A stretch of 64,000 nucleotides of DNA from Novakomyces olei (lineage: Eukaryota). How positions within the stretch are numbered: position 1 is the first letter of the stretch; the number at the start of each line of letters is the position of its first letter. The DNA is taken from the NCBI GenBank assembly GCA_016906335.1, contig JADEYG010000009.1, positions 1 to 64,000 of the forward strand, written 5' to 3'. Both the position numbers and the translations under genes were made by a program. This document shows, piece by piece, positions 9,104 to 19,946 of this stretch. The notes below the pieces were generated by a model that worked only from the letters and a program-made list of their open reading frames with translations, was not told the DNA's origin and did no database searches.

Positions 9104-12100
9104 ATGGTAGAATTGGGCGGAAATGAAATGCCATCAATGAAGAAGAGCATAGAATTGCGTTTGCACGAGCGGACTATGGGCATTGCGAAGTAAAGGTAGA
9201 GATCGAAGGCATAACGACGCCCTTGAAAGGTCTAGTTGACTCGGGGGCATCTTCGAATTTCATTCATCCACGTTTGGTGTGGAGGCACAAGATTAAAACC
9301 GAAAGCCTACGCCAGCCTATTGTTCTTAAGGTTGTTGACGGAAGATGCATATCGTCTGGACCGATTCAACGCCAGACAGAGACTCTAAAATGCGTAATTC
9401 AAGGGAAAGAAACTCCTACAAAGTTCAAGGTTACCGAAATTGGCGAACACGACATTATCTTGGGGATTTCGTGGCTTAAAGAATATAATCCGCGAATCAA
9501 TTGGTCTACGTCTACTGTCGAATTCGAGAACAAGGAGCCTGACGTTAAAACGGAGTATGTTTGCGCAACTATAGTGGAATCCGAGTCAGAGCAACCCGGT
9601 GCGGTAGTACTGCCAGAGGAATACCAGGATTTCAAGGACGTTTTTGGCAAGGCAGAGGCAAATCAGCTCCCACCTCATAGGTCGTTTGACCACGAGATCA
9701 AGCTAGAAGCAGACTCTAAAATACCATTCGGACCAGTGTATGCTATATCTAGAGATGAGCAGGAGGAATTGCGAAAATATCTTGAAGAAAACCTTGCTAG
9801 ACGATTCATTGCGCGCTCTACATCGCCAGCCGGAGCCCCAATCCTATTCGTCAAGAAAAAGGACGGCAGTCTCCGTTTGTGTGTCGATTACCGAGCGCTG
9901 AATAAGATAACAGTGAAGAATAGGTACCCACTACCACTTATTGATTCGCTCTTGGACAAACTATCTGGAGCCAAGTGGTTTACAAAGATTGATCTACGCG
10001 GGGCCTACAATCTTATTCGTATAAAGAAGGGGGACGAGTGGAAGACGGCTTTTCGCACTCGTTTTGGTCACTTTGAATACCGAGTAATGCCGTTTGGGCT
10101 GACAAACGCCCCGGCCACGTTTCAGGACTTCATGAACGACACATTTCGTGATTTACTAGATATTACAGTTTTGGTTTATCTAGATGATATTCTAGTCTAT
10201 TCAAAAACTAAAGAGCAGCACATTTATGACGTACGCCAAGTTTTGGGAAGGCTACGCGATCGAAAATTATATGCTAAAGGCGAAAAATGTGAATTCCATA
10301 AACAAGAGGTGTCATTTTTGGGTTACGTATTGTCTGTTACTGGAGTGTCTATGAGCAGGGACAAGACAGAGCCTATTGCGACTTGGCCAGCTCCAAAATC
10401 GGTACATGACATACAGGTATTTTTGGGATTTTGCAACTATTATCGGCGCTTCATACCGAACTTTGCGAAAACGGTGAAACCGATCACGAATCTATTAAAA
10501 AAGGACACACCCTTTTGTTGGAATGACGAAAGTGAGCAGGCTTTTAAAGCATTAAAAGACCTATTTGCTAAAGAAATTATGTTGCGACATTACGATCCGG
10601 AGAAACAATGTGTATTGGAGACTGATGCCTCCGACTACGCATTGGGAGCAGTGTTGCTACAAGAAAATGAAAACGGAAGAGAACCAATTGCATTTATCAG
10701 TCGGCAGATGGAAGCAGCCGAGATAAACTACGATATATATGAGAAGGAATTGTTGGCAATTGTTTGGGCCTTTAGGACTTGGCGCCATTACCTCCAAGGC
10801 CACCCAAAGAAGATTATCGTTTACACGGACCACCGTAATCTTCAAACTTTCACGACGGCAAAGGTACTGACGCGTCGACAAGCTCGCTGGCAAGAAACGC
10901 TGGCCGAATATAGCTTCGACATCGTTTACAGGCCGGGCATCAACAATGGAGGGGCAGATCCCCTCAGCCGACGGCCAGATTACGCTTTAACTAAAGATGG
11001 CAGCCACAGTAAGGCACAATTCCAGCCATTGCTATCGTCAAGCCAGCTGAAATGCTTCGCAACAGATGAGACCCAGCTTCTTGACGAGAGAAATTATGCT
11101 AAACCAGAGGAACGCAGGAGAATATTGGAGGCGTTCCACGACCACCCACTGGCAGGACATTTTGGCGAGGCCAGAACTCTGGAACTGATCACCAGGAACT
11201 ACAAATGGGACGGTATTACAAAAGATGTAAAGGAATATGTCAAAAATTGCCCTACATGCATTCGAAATAAGGTATCCCGAAGGATCAAAGCCGGCATGCT
11301 ACAGCCACTGAAGATTCCGGACAGGCCTTGGTCGTCAATATCAATCGATTTTATTGTTAAGTTACCTATTTCCGATGGTTACGATTCAATCCTTGTTGTA
11401 GTGGACCGTTTCTCGAAAATGGCGCACTTTATACCGTGCAAGGAAAAGATTTCTGCTACAGAAGTGGCATATTTATTTATTAAGCACATTTTCCGACTAC
11501 ACGGCCTCCCCGAAGAAATAGTATCGGACCGAGATACTCGTCTTGTTAGTAAGTTCTGGACTGCACTAGCCGAAAATCTACAAATAAAGCTATGCAAATC
11601 CACGAGTCATCACCCGCAAAGCGACGGGCAGACCGAAAGAACGAATCAGACCCTCGAACAATACTTGAGGTGTTACATTAATTATAATCAGAACAACTGG
11701 GCACGATTATTGCCGTTAGCTGAGTTTGCTATCAATAATGCACAAAGTGCCAGTACTAAAATGTCTCCATTTTTTATTGCCGTTGGTTATCACCCACGAT
11801 TTTCTTACGAGTTTCAAGCCACGAGCAATGTACCGGCCGCAAATGAGTTTACCGCGAAACTCCAGGAAAGATTTATGACTTTACGCGCCGAGTTACAGAA
11901 GGCTCAAGACCGAATGAAATTTTATTACGACGCTAAGCGACGCGACGCCGCTACTTACCAGCCAGGCGACCTAGTTTGGATTAGAAGACAGCACATTAAA
12001 TCCAAAAGGCCGTCAGACAAACTTGACCATACAAAAATTGGCCCCTTTCCCGTATTGGAAAAAATTGGCACGAGCGCATACCGTGTTAAACTGCCCGCGA

Positions 12101-12372
12101 CCATTAGAATCCATCCCGTGTTTAACGAAACACTGCTGGAACCGCACAAAGGAGATCGTTTTTCACGAGACGCGTCCAGTGCAACCGTACCTGACGTTAT
12201 CCAAGATGAGGAAGAATTCGAAGTAGACTACATATGCGATCACAAGGGATCGGGCTCGACAAGGCGCTATTTGGTTCATTGGAAGGGTTATACAGAAAAT
12301 GACCGCACATGGGAACCGGTAGCGAACTTAGGAAACGCTAGCGAAGCTTTAGCAGAGTATCTTAAACGCTAA
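9104..12372 (+). CDS. pol: Pol of element A: protease, RT, RNase H, integrase, chromodomain (apparent 1-bp frameshift near 9126)
   Basis: LVDSGA; LRLCVDYR; YLDD; ETDASD; HHCC finger; D,D35E core; GPF; C-terminal 'EFEVDYICDH...YLVHWKGY...TWEP' chromodomain. Confidence 0.95.
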
Positions 12373-12585
12373 AAAGTTTCATGCTGAATTATTTTATTTG
12401 ATTTTTGTTTAATGACGGCGGTATTTCAACCATACTGTCCTAAATTGCGAGCAGATGTTATTCAACTACTATGCAAACTGTTTTATTATACCGAATATTC
12501 GCAAAAAAAAAAAAAAAAAAAAAAAGGGGGGAAAACTGCGTGTTTGCATCGTTAATATATGTAATGTATGAGTTAGCACGATATA

Positions 12586-12664
12586 GTGCTAAGTCACACA
12601 CACTAGTGCCAAGTCACACACACTGGTGCTTTCTGGAACATTCCCACACAGAAAAACTATAAAT
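12586..12664 (+). promoter_or_regulatory. Putative internal promoter of ORF3: 20-bp tandem repeat, heat-shock element, TATA box
   Basis: AGTGCYAAGTCACACACACT x2 from 12586; TTCtgGAAcaTTC at 12631-12643; TATAAAT at 12658-12664; ATG at 12719. Confidence 0.6.
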
Positions 12665-12718
12665 ACAGTCGCACCCCCCGGTGCTATATCACTACTTTAC
12701 ACACATATTTTTGAAATT

Positions 12719-13822
12719 ATGGAGGGACAAGAAATCGACTTGACAGCCGACCTTGAGGAGGGGGGTGAGCGCCCGCAAAAGCGATCGCGGGGCGCTAAGA
12801 ATGTTGGAGAGCACATCTGCGCTCTCTGTCACAAAGGTCTTGGCAGAAAACAAGAGCTGCACCGACACCTAAAAGAAGTTCACCACGTTGACTTTAGACT
12901 GGCTGAACTTGTGTCGGAATGGGACCTCCGAACGTCGCGCATGCCGACCCACCGGACGGGTAGGAACATACTTTGGGCCGCGGCGGCTAAGGAGCATACA
13001 TGGCTTGAGACCGTTACAGAGTCTTGGAAAGACTGTTTCGAGCGGGAGCCAACGTGGCCGGTCGTCATGGAGGACGTTACGCAACACGACCTTCAACTTT
13101 TTAACATCCGCGACCGAGCAAGATACACGGATATTTCGGTGGCTCGGTTCGTGGCGGGGTTCGTTTACGGCGCGGAGAAAATCGAATGGTACGCGGCTTA
13201 CAATGTGCCGCCCTCGACGCAGGGCTTACTAACCTTGAGCCCGAGGGCCCTACCCGCTACAAATAATTACAAAAACCGCCCCGAAACGGACTGGAGCACG
13301 GTGGTCTCTCCGGCTGGGACGATCACGGACATACACGTGGACAACGTGTTCTTGGGTCACGTGTTGGTTTGCGTGCTGGGAAGGAAATTGGTATTCGCCT
13401 GGCCACCGTCGGCTGCGAACCTTGACTACTTCGCGCAGTACCACCACAAGGTGGGGGATATGTTTTTGTACCAGGGCATTCATGAGCTCCAGGGGCTACA
13501 TGTTTGTGACCTGAAGAAGGGATTCGCCTGCTACATGGGACCCGGTTGGCTCCATGCAGTGATCTCCTTGGAAAACAGTGCGCTCACTGGTTACAGCGTA
13601 ATACCAGTTGGGCAGGAAAACACTGTGGAACGCCTAGGGAGGTGGGAATTGGAGACACTGGCGGCGGATTCGGACAACTCCGTGGCATTGGCAAATGTCT
13701 ACGAGGAGCACACGATTGGGGCTCAGGGATGGAAAAGAGCCAGAGTGAAAGGGGCAGATAGATTAGGTAGAATCAGTAGAGAAGGCCTCAAAAAATTAGA
13801 GCCCACCCTGGGAGGGGGGTAA
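12719..13822 (+). CDS. Element A ORF3: C2H2 zinc finger plus JmjC-domain 2OG/Fe(II) dioxygenase (367 aa from first ATG)
   Basis: RPQKRSR (NLS-like); CALCHKGLGRKQELHRHLKEVH; 'GTITDIHVD', 'LGRKLVFAWPP' and 'PGWLHAVISLENS' parallel the KDM2/KDM7/Epe1-type JmjC motifs TDFHxD, GxKxxxxxPP and PxGWIHAV. Confidence 0.88.
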   Translation: MEGQEIDLTADLEEGGERPQKRSRGAKNVGEHICALCHKGLGRKQELHRHLKEVHHVDFRLAELVSEWDLRTSRMPTHRTGRNILWAAAAKEHTWLETVTESWKDCFEREPTWPVVMEDVTQHDLQLFNIRDRARYTDISVARFVAGFVYGAEKIEWYAAYNVPPSTQGLLTLSPRALPATNNYKNRPETDWSTVVSPAGTITDIHVDNVFLGHVLVCVLGRKLVFAWPPSAANLDYFAQYHHKVGDMFLYQGIHELQGLHVCDLKKGFACYMGPGWLHAVISLENSALTGYSVIPVGQENTVERLGRWELETLAADSDNSVALANVYEEHTIGAQGWKRARVKGADRLGRISREGLKKLEPTLGGG

Positions 13823-14211
13823 TGTCACGAGTGTGACATGGCCTTAAGTAAGACAGCGAATGCTGCATTACTTAAGGATAAGGACTATATAGTTTTATAT
13901 AGTATTTCATAGCGATAGCACTAGGTAGTGCTATACAGCACCACCTTGTGCTATTACTTAGTTTCATAGAAGTCGTAGTGTATAAAAGGCTTCGCGGAAG
14001 ACTTTTTACACTACGCAATATCATAAGCTACAACTTGAAGTCTCCAGGTGTCTTAGGAGAATAGGCTTAGCTTCTAGCTGTAGTTCCCTTAGTCTTCACT
14101 TACCGGAACCCCTATCGAAAGGCAGCGTGCTATCTGCCGCCCAAGGGGATTACTCGTCGTCGCGGCTGAATTCAAGCCGTGAGTCACCTAGTTGCGGGCC
14201 GACCCGTAACA
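13823..14211 (+). repeat. 3' LTR of element A
   Basis: Preceded by PPT GGGAGGGGGG-TAA; followed by TSD CCAGG. Confidence 0.97.
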
Positions 14212-15384
14212 CCAGGCCTACGAAAGGACGTGGAGGATTATATACAGGGGTGCCCCACCTGCAAGAGAAATAAAGTACCGAGAAGATCACCGTCAGGAGA
14301 ATTGCATTCCCTGCAAATACCAGAAAAACCGTGGGAATCAGTGTCTATTGATTTCATAGTGCAGCTACCGAAATCGAAGAACCAGGATTCTATTTTAGTG
14401 GTTGTGGACCGTTTGACAAAAATGTGCCATTTGATCCCATGTGATACTAGGATCACAGCACAGGGAACCGCACAGTTGTTTATACAGCACGTGTTTAGGT
14501 ACCACGGACTGCCCAAAGAAATTATTTCCGACAGAGACCCGAGGTTTGTAAGTCATTTTTGGAAGGGTCTGACTACAGGACTCGGAATCAAGCTATGCCA
14601 GTCAACTAGTCACCACCCGCAGACCAACGGACAAACGGAACGAACGAATCAGTCCTTGGAACAGTACTTACGATGCTACGCCAACTACAACCAGGACAAT
14701 TGGGTCGACCTGTTGCCATTTGCAGAATTTGCCTTAAATAATGCGGTGAACGCCAGTACAAAATTGTCCCCATTTTATGCAAATTACGGCTTCCATCCCA
14801 CAACGTTTACAGTGGGCAACAGGGAAACACAAACCCCCGCTGCCGACAACTGTTTGAAGAATTGGAACGAGGTCTTTAAAGGAATCCGAGAAGCGCTGGA
14901 CACAGCCAACAAACGTATGGCAATTTACTACAATCGAAAGAGACGAATCGGACGAGAATATAGCGTTGGAGATTTTGTTTGGATACAACCTAAATACATC
15001 AATAGCGACCGACCGAGTCCCAAGCTCGATCACAAAAGAATTGGGCCATTTAAGATTGTTGAAAGAATTGGCGTGTCAGCTTATCGCGTCGACTTACCTA
15101 CGAATATCCAAATACATAATGTCTTCAACGAATCACAATTAGAATTGAGCAAAGGCGACCGATTTAACAGAGATCATACGGAGACTACAGTACCGGATAT
15201 ACTACACGATCTCAAAGAGTACGAGGTCGAATATATATGCGGACATCGCGGACGAGGAGCTGGCAAACGCTACCTCGTCCACTGGAAAGGCTACAATGAA
15301 GAGGACAGAACATGGGAAAGCGCAGCCAACTTGACAAACGCGCAAGAAACCTTAGACGACTACAACAGAAAACTACGCTCATGA
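14212..15384 (+). pseudogene. pol: Element B pol 3' part: integrase core plus chromodomain
   Basis: Continues 'WPG-LRKDVEDYIQGCPTC'; SIDF / SDRD / QTER; ends with 'EYEVEYICGH...YLVHWKGY...TWES'. Confidence 0.93.
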
Positions 15385-15454
15385 ACTCACGTATTTCTTT
15401 ATTTGTTCTTTAGATCTTATTTAATTCTTACCTATACGTGTCCTTATTCTATTG

Positions 15455-15756
<302 letters not shown>

Positions 15757-15829
15757 ACATATACATGCCTTACACTGCACATAGTACTACATCTATTGCA
15801 GGACGTTTTAACCTTTGAAGGGGGGGTAA

Positions 15830-16126
15830 TGTCAGGAGCTGACATGTGCCTGGCACAGAAGTTGCACTCGTGCAATTAGTGTGCAGGCATTAGTTTTTAG
15901 TATAGAATATTCTAGATAGTTTTGCTTAGTAATTTAGAACGCTAAGCGGAAGTATAAGTAGGGCCTTCTGGTATCTACTTTACTTACGCTTAGCCAACTA
16001 GTGAATATAACTGTTGTGCAATTATTCTATTGTATTCTCCCTTTTCCCGCTAGCCGTTACGATAAGCGGCGTGCAATTAAGCAGTTGTACTCAGGCGTCG
16101 AGGTTCGCCTGTGACACGCACTGACA
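15830..16126 (+). repeat. 3' LTR of element B
   Basis: Matches 5710-6004; PPT upstream; TSD ATTTT downstream. Confidence 0.95.
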
Positions 16127-17438
16127 ATTTTGGTCTTTCCCAAGTCAGAATGGGATCTCGTTTCTCTTCACACATTGATATTCCATCTGTAGATAATATA
16201 AAGCCGAGAAATTCAACTTTGGTGCGATGAAACTCGCATTTTTCGCCTTTTGCATACAACTGGTTGGCTCTTAGGCGTCGTAGTACTTCCTGAACATCTT
16301 TCACGTGCGTTTCTTTGTCCTTTGAAAATATTAGAATATCATCAAGATATACTAAAACTTTGTAATCAAGCAAGTCTCTAAACACATCGTTCATGAGAGC
16401 TTGAAATGTCGCGGGTGCGTTCGTCAGTCCAAAGGGCATGACGCGATATTCGAAGTGGCCATATCTTGTCCTAAAGGCTGTTTTCCATTCATCACCTTTT
16501 TTGATTCTTATCAAGTTGTAGGCACCTCTCAAGTCGATCTTTGTCATGATCTTGGCTCCGGCTAGCTTGTCGATCAAATCGTCAATCCGGGGAATTGGAT
16601 ACTTGTTTTTGATAGTAATATTATTCAGTCCCCGATAGTCGACACATAATCTCAATTCTCCATTCTTCTTCGGCACAAATAGCACTGGTGCTCCTGCCGG
16701 TGACTTAGAGCGTTTAATAAATCCCTTTGCGAGGTTCTCATTTAAGTACTCGCGTAGGTATTCTTGTTCTTTCTGATTAACACTGTAAACGGGACCAAAA
16801 GGTATTTTTGCGTCCTTCAGTAGTTCAATCTCGTGGTCGTACGATCGATGCGGTGGTAGCACGTCGTTCTTTGGTTCTTCATAAACATCTCTGAACTCCT
16901 CATATTCTGGAGGCAATTCAATTTTCTCGTTTCCAATCTGACAGTCATCCTCGCTGTCTTGAATCATCATCTCGTTTATACTGTTAAGTTCAATAGATTC
17001 CAGCGTAGGCTGTCGTAACGTCAGGCGTCCTGTAATCCAATCAATATTGGGATTGTTCTTGGTCAACCATGGGATACCTAAGATCGCATCATGGTGTCCA
17101 ATTTGCGCCACATAAAAAATCTCAGTCGACCTAATACCTTGCACTTCAATAGGTATATCCTTGGTCGTTCTTCGTACTAGACCAGATGCCATTGCTCGGC
17201 CATCGGCTACTTTCACAAAAATAGGACTCTCTAGTCTCTTTGTCTCAATCTTTAGACGCCATATCACTCTTGGATGTATAAAATTTGCGTCTGCACCGCT
17301 ATCTAGCAAAGCGTGCAATTCCTTTTCTTCAAATTTGCATAACACTTCAAGCTTTCCGCTTGACAGTTTCTTATCTGGTGGCTTTCGCTCAATACCACCT
17401 AGCGACACCACCTCGGTCTCTAGGTCCGATCTTTTAAA
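16127..17438 (-). pseudogene. pol: Element C pol 5' part (protease plus reverse transcriptase)
   Basis: ALLDSGA, LRLCVDYR, MPFGL, YLDD; cut by B at 16127. Confidence 0.93.
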
Positions 17439-18433
17439 TCATGTACTTTCTTGCTTGGCACATTTCCATTCGTAAACGACTGCTTTGGAAAAGGCGCTTG
17501 GCAATTCTTGGACACATGTCCCTTCTCGTAGCACCGATAGCAGGTAACGTCCTTGCTCTGGTTTGGCTTCGAACTGCGCTCCATGGCGCCATACTTAGCG
17601 CCATAGTTTCTTGTATCAGTTTGTTGCGGGCGCGAGTATCGGCGTTTGGTAGCGTCATAATTAACGCTTGTCTCTTCGTCATCAATCCGTCTTGTCATCA
17701 GATTGTCAATCTCCATCGGTGTACTTCCATAATGCAGAGGTCTTGCATACTCCCTTTCACTGTAACTAAATCGCTGTCTAGCCTTGTTTCTCTCGAACAA
17801 ACGGCCATCGATCTTCACACATTCATCAATCAAGGTGCCCAAAAGTTCAGGCATTTCTCTCCTTGACAACTCATCTTTGATATTCTCTTTCAACCCATCG
17901 TAGAACTGAGCAACTAATGCATCATTGTTCCAGGTTAGCCAAGATTTCAATCTTTCAAACTCAGTCGCATACTGAGATACAGATCCTCTCTGTCTCAAGA
18001 GACGGATACTTCGCTCTGCTGTTCGTTTGACGTCCCGGTCTCCGAACATCCTCTCGAGCGTGTCACAAAAACAATTAAAATCGTCGAGAATAACTTCATT
18101 TTCGTTTCTCACATGAGGCTCAAACCATCTGAAAGCCGCTCCGCGAAGGTAAGACGCCGCAAACATCACTTGCTGTCGCGCCGAGCGATAGCGATCTGGT
18201 TGACTGCCAATAATCATCCTCACGCAGGTCAAAAATTCACCAGTTTTCGAGCGTTCGCCGGAAAAGAATGGTGGTGGTGCCATTTTAGGCTCCTTCGACC
18301 CTCGTTCCTGCACGGTTCCCTTAGCGATACCGAGTTGGTCAGCGAGAGTGCGGTTCTCTTTCTCCAGCCGTTCCAAACGCGCTGTGGTTTGCTCAAGAAA
18401 CCTATTCAACTGCTCAAAATCCGCTGCCGACAT
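17420..18433 (-). CDS. gag: Gag of element C
   Basis: EPKMAPPPFFSGER, AASYLRGAAFRWF, PMEID, CYRCYEKGHVSKNC. Confidence 0.95.
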   Translation of the reverse strand: MSAADFEQLNRFLEQTTARLERLEKENRTLADQLGIAKGTVQERGSKEPKMAPPPFFSGERSKTGEFLTCVRMIIGSQPDRYRSARQQVMFAASYLRGAAFRWFEPHVRNENEVILDDFNCFCDTLERMFGDRDVKRTAERSIRLLRQRGSVSQYATEFERLKSWLTWNNDALVAQFYDGLKENIKDELSRREMPELLGTLIDECVKIDGRLFERNKARQRFSYSEREYARPLHYGSTPMEIDNLMTRRIDDEETSVNYDATKRRYSRPQQTDTRNYGAKYGAMERSSKPNQSKDVTCYRCYEKGHVSKNCQAPFPKQSFTNGNVPSKKVHDLKDRT

Positions 18434-18471
18434 CGTTGTATCCTCGAATCAGAATCGTGGACGTGTAATAC

Positions 18472-18875
18472 TGTTATGGGGGCTTTACTTCCAAAAAGTC
18501 GTAAAGGTGCAATAAGGTGAATATGCCAGATCTCACGCTGGCTCTGTTGAGGATACGTGGAAAGTAGGGAACCTAGTAATAGAAAACCAAAATATTGCAC
18601 ACCAAGATTTGATTACACGTAGCGAACATAAGAGGGGAGTGTCCCATTCTTATGACGCTCCGTGGGGCTTTGCCCGAGAAACTAATCAAACTAAACTAAT
18701 TAAACTAACTAAGTTGCTATCTAAAAATAGAAGCTAAGAGTTATAAATAGAACTATAAATAGAACTAATTAAAAATAGAAGTCGTAACACAAAATAAAGT
18801 GAAACAAAACAAATTAAAGGATGTAAAAGCGCTATCTTCAGCGCTAGCTAGCGCCTCATATAGCGCACCGTAACA
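18472..18875 (-). repeat. 5' LTR of element C
   Basis: Imperfect terminal IR TGTTACGG/CCATAACA; abuts the interrupted JmjC ORF at 18876; PBS and gag follow on the minus strand. Confidence 0.85.
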
Positions 18876-19946
18876 GGCTCGGTTCGTGGCGGGGTTCGTT
18901 TACGGCGCGGAGAAAATCGAATGGTACGCGGCTTACAATGTGCCGCCCTCGACGCAGGGCTTACTAACCTTGAGCCCGAGGGCCCTACCCGCTACAAATA
19001 ATTACAAAAACCGCCCCGAAACGGACTGGAGCACGGTGGTCTCTCCGGCTGGGACGATCACGGACATACACGTGGACAACGTGTTCTTGGGTCACGTGTT
19101 GGTTTGCGTGCTGGGAAGGAAATTGGTATTCGCCTGGCCACCGTCGGCTGCGAACCTTGACTACTTCGCGCAGTACCACCACAAGGTGGGGGATATGTTT
19201 TTGTACCAGGGCATTCATGAGCTCCAGGGGCTACATGTTTGTGACCTGAAGAAGGGATTCGCCTGCTACATGGGACCCGGTTGGCTCCATGCAGTGATCT
19301 CCTTGGAAAACAGTGCGCTCACTGGTTACAGCGTAATACCAGTTGGGCAGGAAAACACTGTGGAACGCCTAGTGAGGTGGGAATTGGAGACACTGGCGGC
19401 GGATTCGGACAACTCCGTGGCATTGGCAAATGTCTACGAGGAGCACACGATTGGGGCTCAGGAATGGAAAAGAGCCAGAGTGAAAGGGGCAGATAGATTA
19501 GGTAGAATCAGTAGAGAAGGCCTCAAAAAATTAGAGCCCACCCTGGGAGGGGGGTAATGTCACGAGTGTGACATGGCCTTAAGTAAGACAGCGAATGCTG
19601 CATTACTTAGGGATAAGGACTATATAGTTTTATATAGTATTTCATAGCGATAGCACTAGGTAGTGCTATACAGCACCACCTTGTGCTATTACTTAGTTTC
19701 ATAGAAGTCGTAGTGTATAAAAGGCTTCGCGGAAGACTTTTTACACTACGCAATATCATAAGCTACAACTTGAAGTCTCCAGGTGTCTTAGGAGAATAGG
19801 CTTAGCTTCTAGCTGTAGTTCCCTTAGTCTTCACTCACCGGAACCCCTATCGAAAGGCAGCGTGCTATCTGCCGCCCAAGGGGATTACTCGTCGTCGCGG
19901 CTGAACTCAAGCCGTGAGTCACCTAGTTGCGGGCCGACCCGTAACA
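18876..19946 (+). mobile_element. Second copy of family A (A'): 3' part of JmjC ORF, PPT and 3' LTR (19558-19946)
   Basis: Matches 13141-14211 with few substitutions (by eye, two in the ORF giving G/V and G/E, and three in the LTR). Its downstream flank differs from A, so it is an independent insertion. Confidence 0.95.

Larger units (their letters stand above)
7687..14211 (+). mobile_element. Full-length Ty3/Gypsy chromovirus A with extra C2H2-JmjC ORF; TSD CCAGG
   Basis: Two 389-bp LTRs (7687-8075, 13823-14211) in which I saw no difference; CCAGG at 7682-7686 and 14212-14216; order gag, pol, ORF3, PPT. Confidence 0.97.

Noticed and set aside
12719-13822. ORF3 as an env-like gene
   Set aside because: It occupies the env position but has no signal peptide or transmembrane segment; it has NLS-like, C2H2 and JmjC motifs instead.
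14179-14211. N-terminal extensions of ORFs 14179-15384 and 19862-20563, and C-terminal tails of 3921-5687, 6971-7711 and 16077-17411
   Set aside because: Chance read-through into or out of inserted LTRs; real boundaries are the insertion junctions.
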